Part shown: positions 38,927 to 49,892 of the stretch, one piece after another | Layout of the letters: each line of letters opens with the position of its first letter | How positions within the stretch are numbered: position 1 is the stretch's first letter | NCBI RefSeq assembly: GCF_035999205.1 | Contig: NZ_DASYHA010000021.1 | Span: 39,605-103,604 of the forward strand | From: Bosea sp. (in: a-proteobacteria) | GTDB taxonomy: Bacteria; Pseudomonadota; Alphaproteobacteria; Rhizobiales; Beijerinckiaceae | Length of the DNA: 64,000 nt | Direction: 5' to 3' | Made by a program: the position numbers and the translations under genes | Notes under the pieces: model-generated | What the model was told of the DNA's origin: nothing | The model's input: the letters and a program-made list of their open reading frames with translations, nothing else | The model's database searches: none

Positions 38927-39024
38927 CGGTCGGTTGGCCCTCAGTGCGCACAAGGTCAGGTTGACGGCAAGACGCTTTGGGCATCCCATGCGTGCGGTCG
39001 GCCTGCGCTGGAATGGATCGTGCC

Positions 39025-40743
39025 ATGAGTGAGCCAGCTAGAAACCGTTTCGCGCTCGATCTCGAAGATCTTGAGCGCCAGCTTCGCAACGCCGGGCAGG
39101 CGCCGAAGGTCGGTCAGCCCGTCGACCCGCTGGCCGAGCTGACGCGTATCGTCGACCAGGGCGACCCGCTGAAGGACATCTTCGGGCATCGGGGGCAGGC
39201 GGCCGCGCCGCAGCGCGTGGCGGCGCCCTGGCAGGCCCAGGAGCAGCCGATTGCCCAGGCTCAGCCTCAGTTTCAGGGCCAGCCCCGGGGCCAGGTCCAG
39301 CCGCGGCAGGAACCGGTCTTCAATCCCGTCCAGGAGCTGCAGGCGGCTGTCGAGCAGTCGTCGCCGCCGGCCGAACTTCGCGGCGCGCTCGACGAGTTCG
39401 AGGCGCTGTTGCGCCGCACGGATGGCGGCCGGCCTGCACCCTCCCAGGCTGCGCCTGCTCCCGCTGCCGCGCCGGCGCGCACCGAGCCTCGCTTCGTCAT
39501 CGAGGAAGAGAGCTTCGAGCTGCCCGAGCCGCAGTCCTATCAGCGGCCCGTGGCCGGGCAGGGCATGGCTGCGGCGCCGCGTGACCTCGACGAGGCGCGC
39601 GAGCCCTACCCCTATTATGACCAGCAGCACTATGATGCGCACCCGCAGCATGCCGAGCTGCCGGCCGATGACGAGATGCCGGTCCTCGAGCCGCGCCGCT
39701 CGCGCAAGGGCCTCTATGCCGCCGCGGCGCTGGTCCTGGTGGGCGTCGTCGGGGGCGGTGTCGTGATGTCGCAGCGCGGCGCGCTGCGCGGTTCGGATGG
39801 CCAGCCGCCGACGATCACGGCGGATGCCGGGCCGACCAAGGTCGAGCCGGCCAATCCCGGCGGTGCCGAGATACCGAACCAGAACAAGCAGATCTATGAG
39901 CGGCCGGGCGACACGTCGGCCGGGCCGACCAAGGTCGTCAGCCGCGAAGAGCAGCCGGTCGATGTCCAGCAGGCGGCGCGTTCGATGCCGTCGCGCGTCG
40001 TGCTGCCGGGGCCGGGCACCGGCACCGCCACGACCCCCGCGGCCAATGCGCTGTCGCAGGCGCCGGCCGTCATCGCGCGCGATCCTGCTCCGCTGGAGCC
40101 GGCGCTGACGCCGGTGCCGCCTGTGCCGGGGCTGGGCGAACCGCGCCGTGTCCGCACGGTTTCGATCCGCCCCGACGGGACGCCCGCGCCGGCTGCCAAT
40201 GGCGCCGCGGGCTACACGAACGGTACCCTGTCGGCGGGAACGGATCCGGCGCAGCCGACCCGGCCGGGCCTGCTTGCCTCGACCGATCCGGCATCGACGA
40301 CCGCTTCGGCGCAGCCGCGTCCGCGTCCGGCGACGACGCCGGCGCAGGAGGCCGCCAAGGTCCAGGAACCCGCCAAGGTGCAGGAACGCGCCGCGGCGAC
40401 GACACCTTCCGCCCCGATGCGGGTCGCCAGCGTTCCGCCCGCGGCCCAGGCACCCGCCGCACCGGCACCTGCCACCGCCGCCATCCGCAGCGGAACCGGC
40501 GATTTCGTCGTCCAGCTTGGTGCGCCCGGCAGCGAGTCCGAGGCGCGGGCGACCTTCGCGGCGCTCCAGCGCAAATATCCGGGCCAGCTCGGCGGCCAGG
40601 CGCCGATCGTGCGCAAGACGGAGCTTGCAGGCGGGAAGACGGTGTACCGGCTCCGCGTCGGTCCCTATTCCCGCGAGGACGCCACGACGATGTGCACACA
40701 GCTCCAGGCTGCGGGCGGCCAGTGCTTCATCGCCAAGAACTGA
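39025..40743 (+). CDS. SPOR-domain protein with long Pro/Ala/Gln-rich region and one TM segment
   Basis: TM segment LYAAAALVLVGVVGGGVVM. C-terminal SPOR domain GDFVVQLGAPGSESEARATFAALQRKYP...YRLRVGPYSREDATTMCTQLQAAGGQCFIAKN. Start moved to 39025. Confidence 0.8.
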   Translation: MSEPARNRFALDLEDLERQLRNAGQAPKVGQPVDPLAELTRIVDQGDPLKDIFGHRGQAAAPQRVAAPWQAQEQPIAQAQPQFQGQPRGQVQPRQEPVFNPVQELQAAVEQSSPPAELRGALDEFEALLRRTDGGRPAPSQAAPAPAAAPARTEPRFVIEEESFELPEPQSYQRPVAGQGMAAAPRDLDEAREPYPYYDQQHYDAHPQHAELPADDEMPVLEPRRSRKGLYAAAALVLVGVVGGGVVMSQRGALRGSDGQPPTITADAGPTKVEPANPGGAEIPNQNKQIYERPGDTSAGPTKVVSREEQPVDVQQAARSMPSRVVLPGPGTGTATTPAANALSQAPAVIARDPAPLEPALTPVPPVPGLGEPRRVRTVSIRPDGTPAPAANGAAGYTNGTLSAGTDPAQPTRPGLLASTDPASTTASAQPRPRPATTPAQEAAKVQEPAKVQERAAATTPSAPMRVASVPPAAQAPAAPAPATAAIRSGTGDFVVQLGAPGSESEARATFAALQRKYPGQLGGQAPIVRKTELAGGKTVYRLRVGPYSREDATTMCTQLQAAGGQCFIAKN

Positions 40744-40793
40744 CGATCAAGCTCTAGCGGGCTCTAGAGCCCGGACCGTCAGGGTCGATTTCG

Positions 40794-40824
40794 AAACCGG
40801 CGGCGCCTCGCGCTGCCGGTTTTT
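40794..40824 (+). terminator. Rho-independent terminator after the SPOR gene
   Basis: aaaccggcgg...ctgccggttt stem with one mismatch, followed by tttt. Confidence 0.6.
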
Positions 40825-40964
40825 CCGTTCGCGTCCGGCGCAACCCGTCTCGGCAGGATGGCTAGTGGTCCGCCCTGCCGTTTCATGCGAAGAGGCGCGC
40901 GGCAGTGTCGCCTTGAGCCTGCAGGGTGCGGCGACCGAAGACCACAAGAACACCGGAGGATACC

Positions 40965-42059
40965 ATGGACCGTCGCAAATTCGTGAAGACAGCCGCTGCC
41001 GGCGCCGCGGGGAGCGCCGCCATCGCCGCTCCCGCCATCGCCCAGTCGCAGCCCAAGGTCGCCTGGCGCCTGACCTCGAGCTACCCGAAGAGCCTCGACA
41101 CGCTGTTCGGTCTCTCGACGCAGGTCGCCAAGCGCGTCGCGGAAGCGACCGACGGCAATTTCCAGATCCAGGTCTTCGCGCCGGGCGAGATCGTCCCCGG
41201 GCTGCAGGCGCTCGATGCCGTGCAGAACGGCACGGTCGAGTGCAGCCACACCCTGTCGAGCTTCTATATCGGCAAGGACCCGGCCTTCGCCTTCGAGACC
41301 TCGCTGCCCTTCGGCTTCAACACCCGCCAGCAGAACGCGTGGCTCTATGCCGGCGGCGGGCTCGAGCTGTGCCGTGCCTTCATGCAGAAGCACAACCTCT
41401 ACACCATCCCGTCGGGCAACACCGGCGCGCAGATGGGCGGCTGGTTCCGCAAGGAGATCAAGTCGCTCGAGGATCTGAAGGGCCTCAAGATGCGCATCGC
41501 CGGCATGGGCGGGCAGATCATGGCCAAGCTCGGCGTCGTGCCGCAGCAGATCGCCGGCGGCGACATCTATCCGGCGCTGGAGCGCGGCACGCTCGACGCG
41601 GTCGAGTTCTCCGGCCCGCTCGACGACGAGAAGCTCGGCTTCCAGAAGGTCGCGAAGTACTATTACTATCCCGGCTTCTGGGAAGGCTGCGCCAATGTCA
41701 GCTTCCTCGTGAACCTCGAGAAGTGGAACGCGCTGCCGGCGTCCTACAAGGCGATCGTCGAGGCGGCCTGCGCCGAGGCCAACGCGCTCTGCGTCGCCAA
41801 ATACGACAATGGCAACCCGGATGCGCTCGTCCGCCTCGCCGGCACCGGGGCCGAGCTGCGGCCCTTCCCGCAGGAGGTGATGCTGGCCGCGTTCAAGGAG
41901 GCCTTCGCCATGTATGGCGAGCTTGCCGCCTCGAACCCGAACTTCAAGACCTTCTATGATTCCTTCCTGCCGTACTGGAAGAAGGAGAACCTGTGGTTCC
42001 GCGTCGCCGAGCTGCCCTTCGACGCCTTCAACGCGCAGATGGCCGCGCAGATGCGCTGA
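40965..42059 (+). CDS. TRAP-transporter solute-binding protein (DctP-type), Tat/Sec signal, no adjacent DctQM
   Basis: MDRRKFVKTAAAGAAGSAAIAAPAIAQ is followed by a typical TRAP SBP body (…WRLTSSYPKSLDTLFG…, …GGWFRKEIKSLEDLKGLKMR…). Confidence 0.8.
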   Translation: MDRRKFVKTAAAGAAGSAAIAAPAIAQSQPKVAWRLTSSYPKSLDTLFGLSTQVAKRVAEATDGNFQIQVFAPGEIVPGLQALDAVQNGTVECSHTLSSFYIGKDPAFAFETSLPFGFNTRQQNAWLYAGGGLELCRAFMQKHNLYTIPSGNTGAQMGGWFRKEIKSLEDLKGLKMRIAGMGGQIMAKLGVVPQQIAGGDIYPALERGTLDAVEFSGPLDDEKLGFQKVAKYYYYPGFWEGCANVSFLVNLEKWNALPASYKAIVEAACAEANALCVAKYDNGNPDALVRLAGTGAELRPFPQEVMLAAFKEAFAMYGELAASNPNFKTFYDSFLPYWKKENLWFRVAELPFDAFNAQMAAQMR

Positions 42060-42120
42060 GCCCACAGGGCGAGGGGGCGGGACGCTTGACCGGCCCCCTC
42101 CGCCTTCCTACGCCTGAGCC

Positions 42121-43131
42121 ATGACCTCACGCGCCTTCATCGCCGGCTGCCTCGGCACGAGCCTGACCCAAGACGAGCGTGCCTTCTTCAGGGATGCGCG
42201 CCCCTGGGGTTTCATCCTGTTCCGGCGCAACACGCAGGATCCCGCCCAGGTCGCGGCACTGACCGCCGAGATGCGCGAGACGGTGGGCTGGCACGCGCCG
42301 ATCCTGATCGACCAGGAGGGCGGGCGGGTGCAGCGCATGGCGCCGCCGAACTGGCCGAAATATCCGCCGGCGCGGGCCTTCCTCGCGATCAACGACCCGC
42401 TCCTGCAGCGTGAGACCGTGCGGCTCTCGGCCCGGCTGATGGCGCATGACCTGAAGAGCGTCGGCATCGATGTCGACTGCCTGCCGGTTCTCGACGTGCC
42501 GGTCGCCGGCAGCCATGACGTGATCGGCGACCGCGCCTATGCGCATGAGCCTGACATGGTGGCGCGGCTCGGGCGCGCTGCGGCCGAGGGGCTGCTGGCG
42601 GGCGGCGTGCTGCCGGTGGTCAAGCACATGCCCGGCCATGGACGCGCGAAGGCCGACAGCCATCACGACCTGCCCGTCGTCGATGCAGGTCTCGAGGAGT
42701 TGCGGGCCCATGATTTCCGGCCCTTCCGGCATCTCGCCGACATGCCGCTGGCTATGACGGCCCATGTCGTCTTCACCGCGCTCGACGCCCGGCATCCGGC
42801 CACCGTTTCGCGGAAAGTCGTGCGCGAAATCATGCGCGGAGAGCTCGGCTATGACGGGCTGATCATGACCGACGACATCTCGATGAAGGCGCTTTCCGGC
42901 GGCTTTGCCGAAAAGGCGCGCGCCGCGATCCGGGCCGGTGTCGATGTCGTGCTGCATTGCCACGGCATCATGGAGGAGATGGTCGCGATCGCCGGTGCTG
43001 TGCCCGAAATGAAGGGCGACCGCGCCCGCCGCGCCGCGATGGCGCTGGCGCGCATCCGGCACGAGCCGGAACCGCTCGACGTCGAGGCTGCGCGGGCGCA
43101 ATTGGCCAGCGCGCTTGCGTTGAGCGCCTGA
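42121..43131 (+). CDS. nagZ: Beta-N-acetylhexosaminidase (GH3), NagZ-like
   Basis: Contains ILIDQEGGRVQR, GIDVDCLPVLD, VKHMPGHG and LIMTDDISM. Confidence 0.85.
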   Translation: MTSRAFIAGCLGTSLTQDERAFFRDARPWGFILFRRNTQDPAQVAALTAEMRETVGWHAPILIDQEGGRVQRMAPPNWPKYPPARAFLAINDPLLQRETVRLSARLMAHDLKSVGIDVDCLPVLDVPVAGSHDVIGDRAYAHEPDMVARLGRAAAEGLLAGGVLPVVKHMPGHGRAKADSHHDLPVVDAGLEELRAHDFRPFRHLADMPLAMTAHVVFTALDARHPATVSRKVVREIMRGELGYDGLIMTDDISMKALSGGFAEKARAAIRAGVDVVLHCHGIMEEMVAIAGAVPEMKGDRARRAAMALARIRHEPEPLDVEAARAQLASALALSA

Positions 43132-43190
43132 ACCGTCGAACCTGCGACAGGCTCGCGACTTTCGCGTGAGCGAGAGGGGGGCTGCCGGCC

Positions 43191-44021
43191 ATGGCGGCGC
43201 AACTGCCATTCGAAGATGATGCTCCGCGTCGCGAGGACGAGCCGGCGCTGCTCGTCGACGTCGACGGCTATGAAGGGCCGCTCGACCTGCTGCTCGATCT
43301 GGCGCGCCGGCAGAAGGTCGACCTGCACCGCATCTCGATCCTGGCCCTAGCCGAGCAGTATCTCGTCTTCGTCGAGCAGGCGCGGGCGCTGCGGCTCGAA
43401 CTCGCGGCCGACTATCTGGTGATGGCGGCCTGGCTCGCCTATCTCAAATCGCGCCTGCTGCTGCCGGAACCACCCAAGGGCGAGGAGCCGAGCGCGGCCG
43501 ATCTCGCGACGGCGCTGGCGCTGCGATTGCGGCGGCTCGAAGCGATCCGTGCGGCCGCCCGCAAGCTCGCCTCGCGCGAGCGGCTGGGTCAGGATGTGTT
43601 CGCGCGCGGCGCGCCCGAGGCGATCGTCGCAGGCGCCAGGCCCGTCTGGGAGGCGGAACTCTACGACTTGCTGTCGGCCTATGCGCAGCAGCGGATGAAG
43701 CGGGTGCAGGGGCATATCTCGGTCGGCCAGCGCGTGGTCTGGTCGCTGGTCGAGGCGCGCGAGGCCTTGCAGAGGCTGGTCGGCGAGGCAGGCGACTGGA
43801 CGCAGATCGACCCCTATCTGACCCGCTACATGTCGTCGCATGGCCTGCCGGCACGCGAGATGACGGCGACGGTCAGGGCATCGGCGCTCTCGGCCATGCT
43901 GGAGATGGTCAAGGAGGGCGTGCTCGACCTGCGCCAGGACGACGCTTTCGCGCCGCTCTATCTGCGCCGCCGCTCGGCACGCCCGCCAGTGCTGCCGCTT
44001 CTCAGCCGGGACGCGCCATGA
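43191..44021 (+). CDS. scpA: Segregation and condensation protein A
   Basis: Contains GYEGPLDLLLDLARRQKVDLHRISILALAEQY. Its end overlaps the scpB start (ATGA). Confidence 0.85.
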   Translation: MAAQLPFEDDAPRREDEPALLVDVDGYEGPLDLLLDLARRQKVDLHRISILALAEQYLVFVEQARALRLELAADYLVMAAWLAYLKSRLLLPEPPKGEEPSAADLATALALRLRRLEAIRAAARKLASRERLGQDVFARGAPEAIVAGARPVWEAELYDLLSAYAQQRMKRVQGHISVGQRVVWSLVEAREALQRLVGEAGDWTQIDPYLTRYMSSHGLPAREMTATVRASALSAMLEMVKEGVLDLRQDDAFAPLYLRRRSARPPVLPLLSRDAP

Positions 44022-44725
44022 CGATGGCGATGACGGAGCCATTCGAGGATGACCGGGACGACGGTGGCCTGGAGGCCTTCGCGCAGGCGACGCGTGTGGC
44101 CGAGGCGCTGCTTTTCGCCTCCGCGACGCCGCTGACCGCGGAGGAGCTGGCGCATTCGATCCCGTCGGGCATCGACATCGGCCAGGTTCTGGAGCGGCTG
44201 ACCGAGCTCTATGCGGCGCGAGGGGTCAATCTGCGTCAGGTCGCGGGCGGCTTCGCCTTCCGGACGGCGCCCGACCTGAGCTACCTGCTCGCGGCAGAGG
44301 CCGAGCCACCGCGGAAGTTGTCGCGGGCGGCGCTCGAGGTCCTGTCGATCATCGCCTATCACCAGCCGGTGACGCGGGCCGAGATCGAGGAGATCCGCGG
44401 CGTCGCCACGGCCAAGGGCACGCTCGACATCCTGCTGGAGGCGGGGTGGGTGCGCCTGCGGGGTCGGCGCCGCTCGCCGGGGCGGCCGGTGACCTTCGGC
44501 ACGACACCGGGCTTCCTCGACCATTTCGGGCTCGACCGCATCGACGACCTGCCGGGGCTGGAGGAGCTGAAGGGCTCCGGCTTCATCGAGGGCCGCCTGA
44601 CTCGTGACCTCGCCGTGCCCGTTCCCGACGACGATCCGGACCTGCGCGCCGATGAGGATCCGCTCGGCGACCTGTTCTCGCCGCTTGACGACGGCGACGG
44701 CGGCCCGCATGGGGCAGGCGGGTAG
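44018..44725 (+). CDS. scpB: Segregation and condensation protein B
   Basis: Contains AEALLFASATPLT..., LSRAALEVLSIIAYHQPVTRAEIEEIRGV and GRPVTFGTT. Confidence 0.85.
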   Translation: MTMAMTEPFEDDRDDGGLEAFAQATRVAEALLFASATPLTAEELAHSIPSGIDIGQVLERLTELYAARGVNLRQVAGGFAFRTAPDLSYLLAAEAEPPRKLSRAALEVLSIIAYHQPVTRAEIEEIRGVATAKGTLDILLEAGWVRLRGRRRSPGRPVTFGTTPGFLDHFGLDRIDDLPGLEELKGSGFIEGRLTRDLAVPVPDDDPDLRADEDPLGDLFSPLDDGDGGPHGAGG

Positions 44726-44824
44726 GGCTCTTCCATCCGCAGGGCATTTTCGTTGGCCGTTCAGGATACCAAATCACGCTGGCTCAACTGGGGTCGCCGG
44801 GGCACGGCGGGAGCGGCCATCCCG

Positions 44825-45871
44825 ATGGCGCTCGCCTTCGATTCCGTGACGCAGCGCTTCGGCGACGTCACCGCCTTGAAGGATGTCTCGCTGTCGGTCG
44901 AGCCGGGCGAGATCATCGCCCTGCTCGGCCAGTCGGGCTGCGGCAAGACGACGCTGCTGCGGCTCGCCGCCGGCGTCGAGCGGCCAAGCGCAGGCCGCGT
45001 CCTGCTCGAGGGCAGGGACGTTTCCTCGCCTGCCGGTTTCGTCGAGCCGGAACGACGCGGGGTCGGGCTGGTCTTCCAGGACTATGCCCTGTTTCCGCAT
45101 CTGACCGTCCGTGAGAATGTCCGCTTCGGCCTTGGCGTTCGCGGCGAGAGCGACGCCGCCATCGAGGCGACGGCGCTGCGGGCAATCGCTCGCGTCGGCC
45201 TCGCCGATCTCGCCGACGCCTATCCGCACATGCTTTCGGGCGGCGAACAGCAGCGCGTCGCCTTGGCGCGGGCGGTGGCGCCGCGGCCCGGCGTCCTGCT
45301 GATGGACGAGCCCTTCTCGAATCTGGACAGGCGCCTGCGCGATATCGTTCGCGACGAGACGGCGGCGCTGCTGCAGGAAACCGGTGCGACCTCGATCATC
45401 GTCACGCACGACCCCGAGGATGCGATGCGCATTGCCGATCGGATCGTGCTGATGCGGGCCGGCGAGATCGTGCAGATCGGCACGGGCGAGGAGCTCTACC
45501 GCAAGCCCGGCAGTCTCTTTGCCGCCCGATTCTTCTGCGATTTTAACGAGATCGCCGGCCGCGTCGCGCAAGGCGCCGTCGATACGCCATTCGGGCGCTT
45601 TCCGGCGAAGGGACTGGCCGAGGGGGCCGAGGCCGTGGTCTGCATCCGGCCACACGGAATCCGGATCGTGCCGAAGGGATTTTACCTGCCGGGCCGGGTG
45701 ATGACGCGGCGCTTCCTCGGCGAGGTCGACCATCTGCTGATCGCGGTCGAGGGCTTCGAACGGCCGCTATCCGTCCGTGCCTCGCTGGCCGGCGCGACCA
45801 GGGAGGGCGAGGATGTCGGGCTCGACATTCCCTCCGACGAAGTTCTTGTGTTCCCCGCGGGGTACACATAG
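44825..45871 (+). CDS. ABC transporter ATP-binding protein (importer-type with C-terminal TOBE-like domain), no adjacent permease
   Basis: Walker A GQSGCGKTT, signature LSGGEQQRVALARA, Walker B LLMDEPFS. Start moved to MALAFDSV. Confidence 0.85.
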   Translation: MALAFDSVTQRFGDVTALKDVSLSVEPGEIIALLGQSGCGKTTLLRLAAGVERPSAGRVLLEGRDVSSPAGFVEPERRGVGLVFQDYALFPHLTVRENVRFGLGVRGESDAAIEATALRAIARVGLADLADAYPHMLSGGEQQRVALARAVAPRPGVLLMDEPFSNLDRRLRDIVRDETAALLQETGATSIIVTHDPEDAMRIADRIVLMRAGEIVQIGTGEELYRKPGSLFAARFFCDFNEIAGRVAQGAVDTPFGRFPAKGLAEGAEAVVCIRPHGIRIVPKGFYLPGRVMTRRFLGEVDHLLIAVEGFERPLSVRASLAGATREGEDVGLDIPSDEVLVFPAGYT

Positions 45872-45940
45872 GTTCCGCCACAAGCGACCGGCCGGGGCCG
45901 GAATACCCCGGTCGCACATCAATTCGAAGGGGAGTCCGCC

Positions 45941-46183
45941 ATGGGTGGCGTGAGTATCTGGCACTGGATCGTCGTCGGCGTCATCGTGATGCTGCTGTTC
46001 GGACGCGGCAAGGTTTCCGAGCTGATGGGCGACGTGGCCAAGGGCATCAAGTCGTTCAAGAAGGGCATGGCCGAGGACGAGACGCCCCCGCCGCCGCCGA
46101 GCGCCGCGACCCCGGCCGATCCGAAGATCATCGACGCGCAAGCGACCAATCCCGCTGCGGCCAAGGCCGAGACCAAGGCCTGA
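45941..46183 (+). CDS. tatA: Twin-arginine translocase subunit TatA
   Basis: 80 aa. A TM helix followed by an amphipathic helix: [37 protein letters not shown]. Confidence 0.9.
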   Translation: MGGVSIWHWIVVGVIVMLLFGRGKVSELMGDVAKGIKSFKKGMAEDETPPPPPSAATPADPKIIDAQATNPAAAKAETKA

Positions 46184-46260
46184 GGCCGAGCCGCCCGTCT
46201 TGGTCGGATCAGGCATGGCCAGATCAGGCTTGGGCGGGAGGTTGAGAGGACGAGCCGTCG

Positions 46261-46806
46261 ATGTTCGACATCGCCTGGAGCGAATTCATGCTGATCGGGG
46301 CGGTCGCGCTCGTCGTGATCGGCCCCAAGGACCTGCCGAAGGCCATGCGCACGGCCGGCCAGGCCATCGGCAAGATTCGCCGCATGGCCGCCGAGTTCCA
46401 GGGGCAGTTCAACGACGCCATGCGCGAGGCCGAACTCCACGACCTGAAGAAGCAGGTCGAGGATGTCGGCGGCACCGTGTCCAGTTCGCTGAACACCGAT
46501 TTCAAGCCTATCGACATGCCAGCCTCGACCGGGCTCGACGATGCGGCGATGAAGGAGGCCGAGGCCAAGCTGGCAGCGATTCCCGCGCCGGATCCGCTGC
46601 CACCGGTCGAGATCACGTCAGCCGAGACCGCTTCCGCTGAGGCATCCCCTGCGGTTACCGAGGAGGCGAAGCCCAAGCGTCGTCGCAAGGCCGCGGCCGT
46701 CGAGACGGCAGTAGAGCCCGAGCCTCAAGCTGAACCCGCGCCCGCCAAGGCGCCGCGCAAGCGCAAGACCGCCGCGGCCGAGCCGGGCGAAGGGAGCGCT
46801 GCATGA
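46261..46806 (+). CDS. tatB: Twin-arginine translocase subunit TatB
   Basis: [30 protein letters not shown]..., followed by an acidic/Ala-Pro-rich tail. Confidence 0.85.
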   Translation: MFDIAWSEFMLIGAVALVVIGPKDLPKAMRTAGQAIGKIRRMAAEFQGQFNDAMREAELHDLKKQVEDVGGTVSSSLNTDFKPIDMPASTGLDDAAMKEAEAKLAAIPAPDPLPPVEITSAETASAEASPAVTEEAKPKRRRKAAAVETAVEPEPQAEPAPAKAPRKRKTAAAEPGEGSAA

Positions 46807-47627
46807 GCGTCGCCAATCCGCGCGAGGGCGAGGACGAGATCGAGGCCTCCCGCGCACCGCTGATCGACCATCTGATCGAATTGCGCTCGCGGCTGATCAA
46901 GTCGCTTGTCGCCTTCCTCGTGATGTTCTTCATCTGCTTCGCCTTCGCGACGCAGATCTACAACATCCTGGTCCAGCCCTATGTCTGGGCGGCGGGGCCA
47001 GGCGCCAATGTCCAGCTCATCTATACTGCCCCGCTGGAATACCTCTTCACGCAGATCAAGATCGCTGCCTTCGGGGCGGGCTTCTTCGCCTTCCCGGTGA
47101 TTGCCACGCAGATCTACAAGTTCGTCGCGCCGGGGCTCTACAAGAACGAGCGTCAGGCCTTCGCGCCCTATCTCGCGGCGACACCGATCTTCTTCGTCGC
47201 AGGCGCGGCGATGGTGTTCTTCTTCGCCATGCCTGTGCTGATGAAGTTTTCCATCGGCATGCAGCAAGCGGCGACGGACGGGCAGGCGGGCATCGCGCTC
47301 CTGCCCAAGGTCAGCGAATATCTCTCGCTGATCATGACGCTGATCTTCGCCTTCGGCATCTCCTTCCAGCTGCCGGTGATCCTGACACTGCTCGGGCAGG
47401 CCGGCATCATTGATTCGACCTTCCTGAAGGAAAAGCGCCGCTACGCGATCGTCTTCGTCTTCGTGGTCGCAGCCGTGCTGACCCCGCCCGACGTGATCTC
47501 GCAGCTCATGCTCGCGATCCCGATGCTGCTGCTCTACGAGCTGTCGGTGTTCTCGGTGCGCCACGTCGAGAAGAAGCGCGCGGCCAAGCAGGCGGCGGAC
47601 GATGCCGCTGACGCTGCGAGCGAGTAG
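46803..47627 (+). CDS. tatC: Twin-arginine translocase subunit TatC
   Basis: Six TM helices, [17 protein letters not shown]..., overlapping the tatB stop. Confidence 0.9.
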   Translation: MSVANPREGEDEIEASRAPLIDHLIELRSRLIKSLVAFLVMFFICFAFATQIYNILVQPYVWAAGPGANVQLIYTAPLEYLFTQIKIAAFGAGFFAFPVIATQIYKFVAPGLYKNERQAFAPYLAATPIFFVAGAAMVFFFAMPVLMKFSIGMQQAATDGQAGIALLPKVSEYLSLIMTLIFAFGISFQLPVILTLLGQAGIIDSTFLKEKRRYAIVFVFVVAAVLTPPDVISQLMLAIPMLLLYELSVFSVRHVEKKRAAKQAADDAADAASE

Positions 47628-47644
47628 GGCGCAATGGCAAGCCG

Positions 47645-47675
47645 CGTTATGTCCGGCCTTGTGCCGGGCATAACG
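47645..47675. repeat. Isolated REP-like hairpin between tatC and serS
   Basis: cgttatgtccgg-N7-ccgggcataacg, a 12-bp stem with one mismatch and no T-tract. Only one copy in the window. Confidence 0.35.
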
Positions 47676-47772
47676 TAGCGGGCTCGCTCCATCACCTTCC
47701 CTGTTCCCTAGACATGCATCCCGGTCTAGAGCATCACGCTGTTCCCGAACGTGACGGCGTGGCCTGACGACG

Positions 47773-49074
47773 ATGTACGACATCAAATGGATTCGCGAGA
47801 ACGCCGAGGCGTTCGACACCGGCTTGAAGCGGCGTGGGCTCGAGCCGCTGTCGTCGTCGCTGCTCGCGCTCGACGACACGCGCCGCGCGGCCATCGCCAA
47901 GGCGCAGAGCGCGCAAGAGCGCCGCAACGCCCTCTCCAAGGACATCGGCAAGGCGATGGGTGCGAAGGATGTCGCGCTCGCCGACAAGCTGAAGGCCGAG
48001 GTCGCGAGCCTGAAGGATTCGCAGCCGGCGCTGGAGGCGCAGGAGAAGGCTGCCAAGGACGCGCTCGACGAGCAACTCGCGGCCATCCCCAACAAGCCGA
48101 ACGACGATGTGCCCGAAGGCGCGGACGAGCACGGCAATGTCGTGAAGTCGGTGCACGGCGAGAGGCCGGAGGAGACGGGCAAGCGTCTCGTCGGCATCAA
48201 CCAGCCCAAGGAGCATTTCGAGCTGGGCGAGGCGCTCGGCCAGATGGACTTCGAGACCGCTGCGAAGCTCTCGGGCTCGCGCTTCGTCGTGCTCAACAAC
48301 CAGATCGCTCGCCTGAGCCGCGCGATCGGGCAGTTCATGCTCGATACGCATACGGAGGAACACGGCTATACCGAGGTGATGCCGCCGCTGATGGTGCGCG
48401 ACGACGCCATGTTCGGCACGGCGCAGCTTCCGAAGTTCCGCGACGATCAGTTCCGTGCCGGCGATGACCACTGGCTCATCCCCACCGCCGAGGTGCCGCT
48501 GACCAATCTCGTGCGCGAATCGATCGTCGCCGAAGAGGAGCTTCCGCGCCGCTATACCGCGCTGACGCCTTGCTTCCGGGCCGAGGCCGGCTCGGCCGGG
48601 CGCGATACGCGCGGCATGCTGCGCCAGCACCAGTTCGAGAAGGTCGAGCTGGTCTCGATCACCGCGCCGGAGAAGTCCGCCGAGGAGCATGAGCGCATGC
48701 TCGCCTGCGCCGAGGCCGTGCTGAAGAAGCTCGACCTGCATTATCGCGTAATGACGCTCTGCACCGGCGACATGGGCTTCGCCTCGCAAAAGACCTACGA
48801 CATCGAGGTCTGGCTGCCCGGCCAGAAGACCTATCGCGAGATCTCGTCCTGCTCGGTCTGCGGCGATTTCCAGGCGCGGCGGATGAACGCCCGCTACAAG
48901 ACCAAGGACGGCAAGGGGCCATTCTTCGTCCACACGCTGAACGGCTCCGGCACGGCGGTCGGCCGGGCCCTGATCGCGGTGATGGAGAACTACCAGAACG
49001 CCGACGGCTCGATCACCGTGCCCGACGTGCTGGTGCCCTATATGCGCGGCGTGACGCGCATCGAGAAGGCGTGA
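47773..49074 (+). CDS. serS: Serine--tRNA ligase
   Basis: N-terminal coiled-coil arm plus a class II core (…[11 protein letters not shown]…, …[14 protein letters not shown]…, …[13 protein letters not shown]…). Confidence 0.95.
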   Translation: MYDIKWIRENAEAFDTGLKRRGLEPLSSSLLALDDTRRAAIAKAQSAQERRNALSKDIGKAMGAKDVALADKLKAEVASLKDSQPALEAQEKAAKDALDEQLAAIPNKPNDDVPEGADEHGNVVKSVHGERPEETGKRLVGINQPKEHFELGEALGQMDFETAAKLSGSRFVVLNNQIARLSRAIGQFMLDTHTEEHGYTEVMPPLMVRDDAMFGTAQLPKFRDDQFRAGDDHWLIPTAEVPLTNLVRESIVAEEELPRRYTALTPCFRAEAGSAGRDTRGMLRQHQFEKVELVSITAPEKSAEEHERMLACAEAVLKKLDLHYRVMTLCTGDMGFASQKTYDIEVWLPGQKTYREISSCSVCGDFQARRMNARYKTKDGKGPFFVHTLNGSGTAVGRALIAVMENYQNADGSITVPDVLVPYMRGVTRIEKA

Positions 49075-49119
49075 TCCGGCGCCTTCGACCTCTCGTTGCT
49101 CCTGCTGAAGGCCTGACCC

Positions 49120-49881
49120 ATGCGCATTCTCGTCACCAATGATGACGGCATCCACGCCGAAGGGCTGGCCGTCCTGGAGCGCATCGCGGCGCAGCTGTCG
49201 GACGATGTCTGGGTCGTCGCGCCCGAAACCGACCAGTCGGGCGTGGCCCATTCGCTGTCGCTGTCGAATCCGCTGCGGCTGCGCCAGATCTCGGCGCGGC
49301 GCTTCGCCGTCACTGGTACCCCGACCGACTGCGTGATCATGGCAGCGCGCTCGATCATGATCGAGAACCGGCCCGATCTGGTGCTGTCCGGCGTCAATCG
49401 CGGCCAGAACGTCGCCGAGGACGTGACCTATTCGGGCACGATCGCCGCCGCCATGGAGGGCACGCTGCTCGGCATACCCTCGATCGCGGTCAGTCAGGCC
49501 TATGGCCCCGGCGGGCGCGAGAACATCCGTTGGGACTGCGCCGAGCACCATGCTCCCGGCATCATCCGCCGCTTGCTGGCGGAAGGCATTCCCTCCGACG
49601 TGCTGTTCAATCTGAACTTCCCGAATGTCGCGCCGAGCGAGGTCGAGGGCATCGCGGTGACCGTGCAGGGCCGGCGCGACCAGGAGTTGCTGCAGCTGCA
49701 GCCGCGCCAGGACGGCCGCGGCAACCCGTATTTCTGGATTGCCTTCGCGCGCGGGAAGACGGAGCCGGCCAATGGCACCGATCTCAGGGCGCTGGCCGAG
49801 AAGAAGATCTCGGTGACGCCGCTCGAACTCGACCTGACGCATGAGCCGACGCTGACCCGCTTCGCGCGCGTGTTCGCTTAA
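49120..49881 (+). CDS. surE: 5'/3'-nucleotidase SurE
   Basis: Contains [22 protein letters not shown] and YSGT. Confidence 0.9.
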   Translation: MRILVTNDDGIHAEGLAVLERIAAQLSDDVWVVAPETDQSGVAHSLSLSNPLRLRQISARRFAVTGTPTDCVIMAARSIMIENRPDLVLSGVNRGQNVAEDVTYSGTIAAAMEGTLLGIPSIAVSQAYGPGGRENIRWDCAEHHAPGIIRRLLAEGIPSDVLFNLNFPNVAPSEVEGIAVTVQGRRDQELLQLQPRQDGRGNPYFWIAFARGKTEPANGTDLRALAEKKISVTPLELDLTHEPTLTRFARVFA

Positions 49882-49892
49882 GTGAACCTGCG

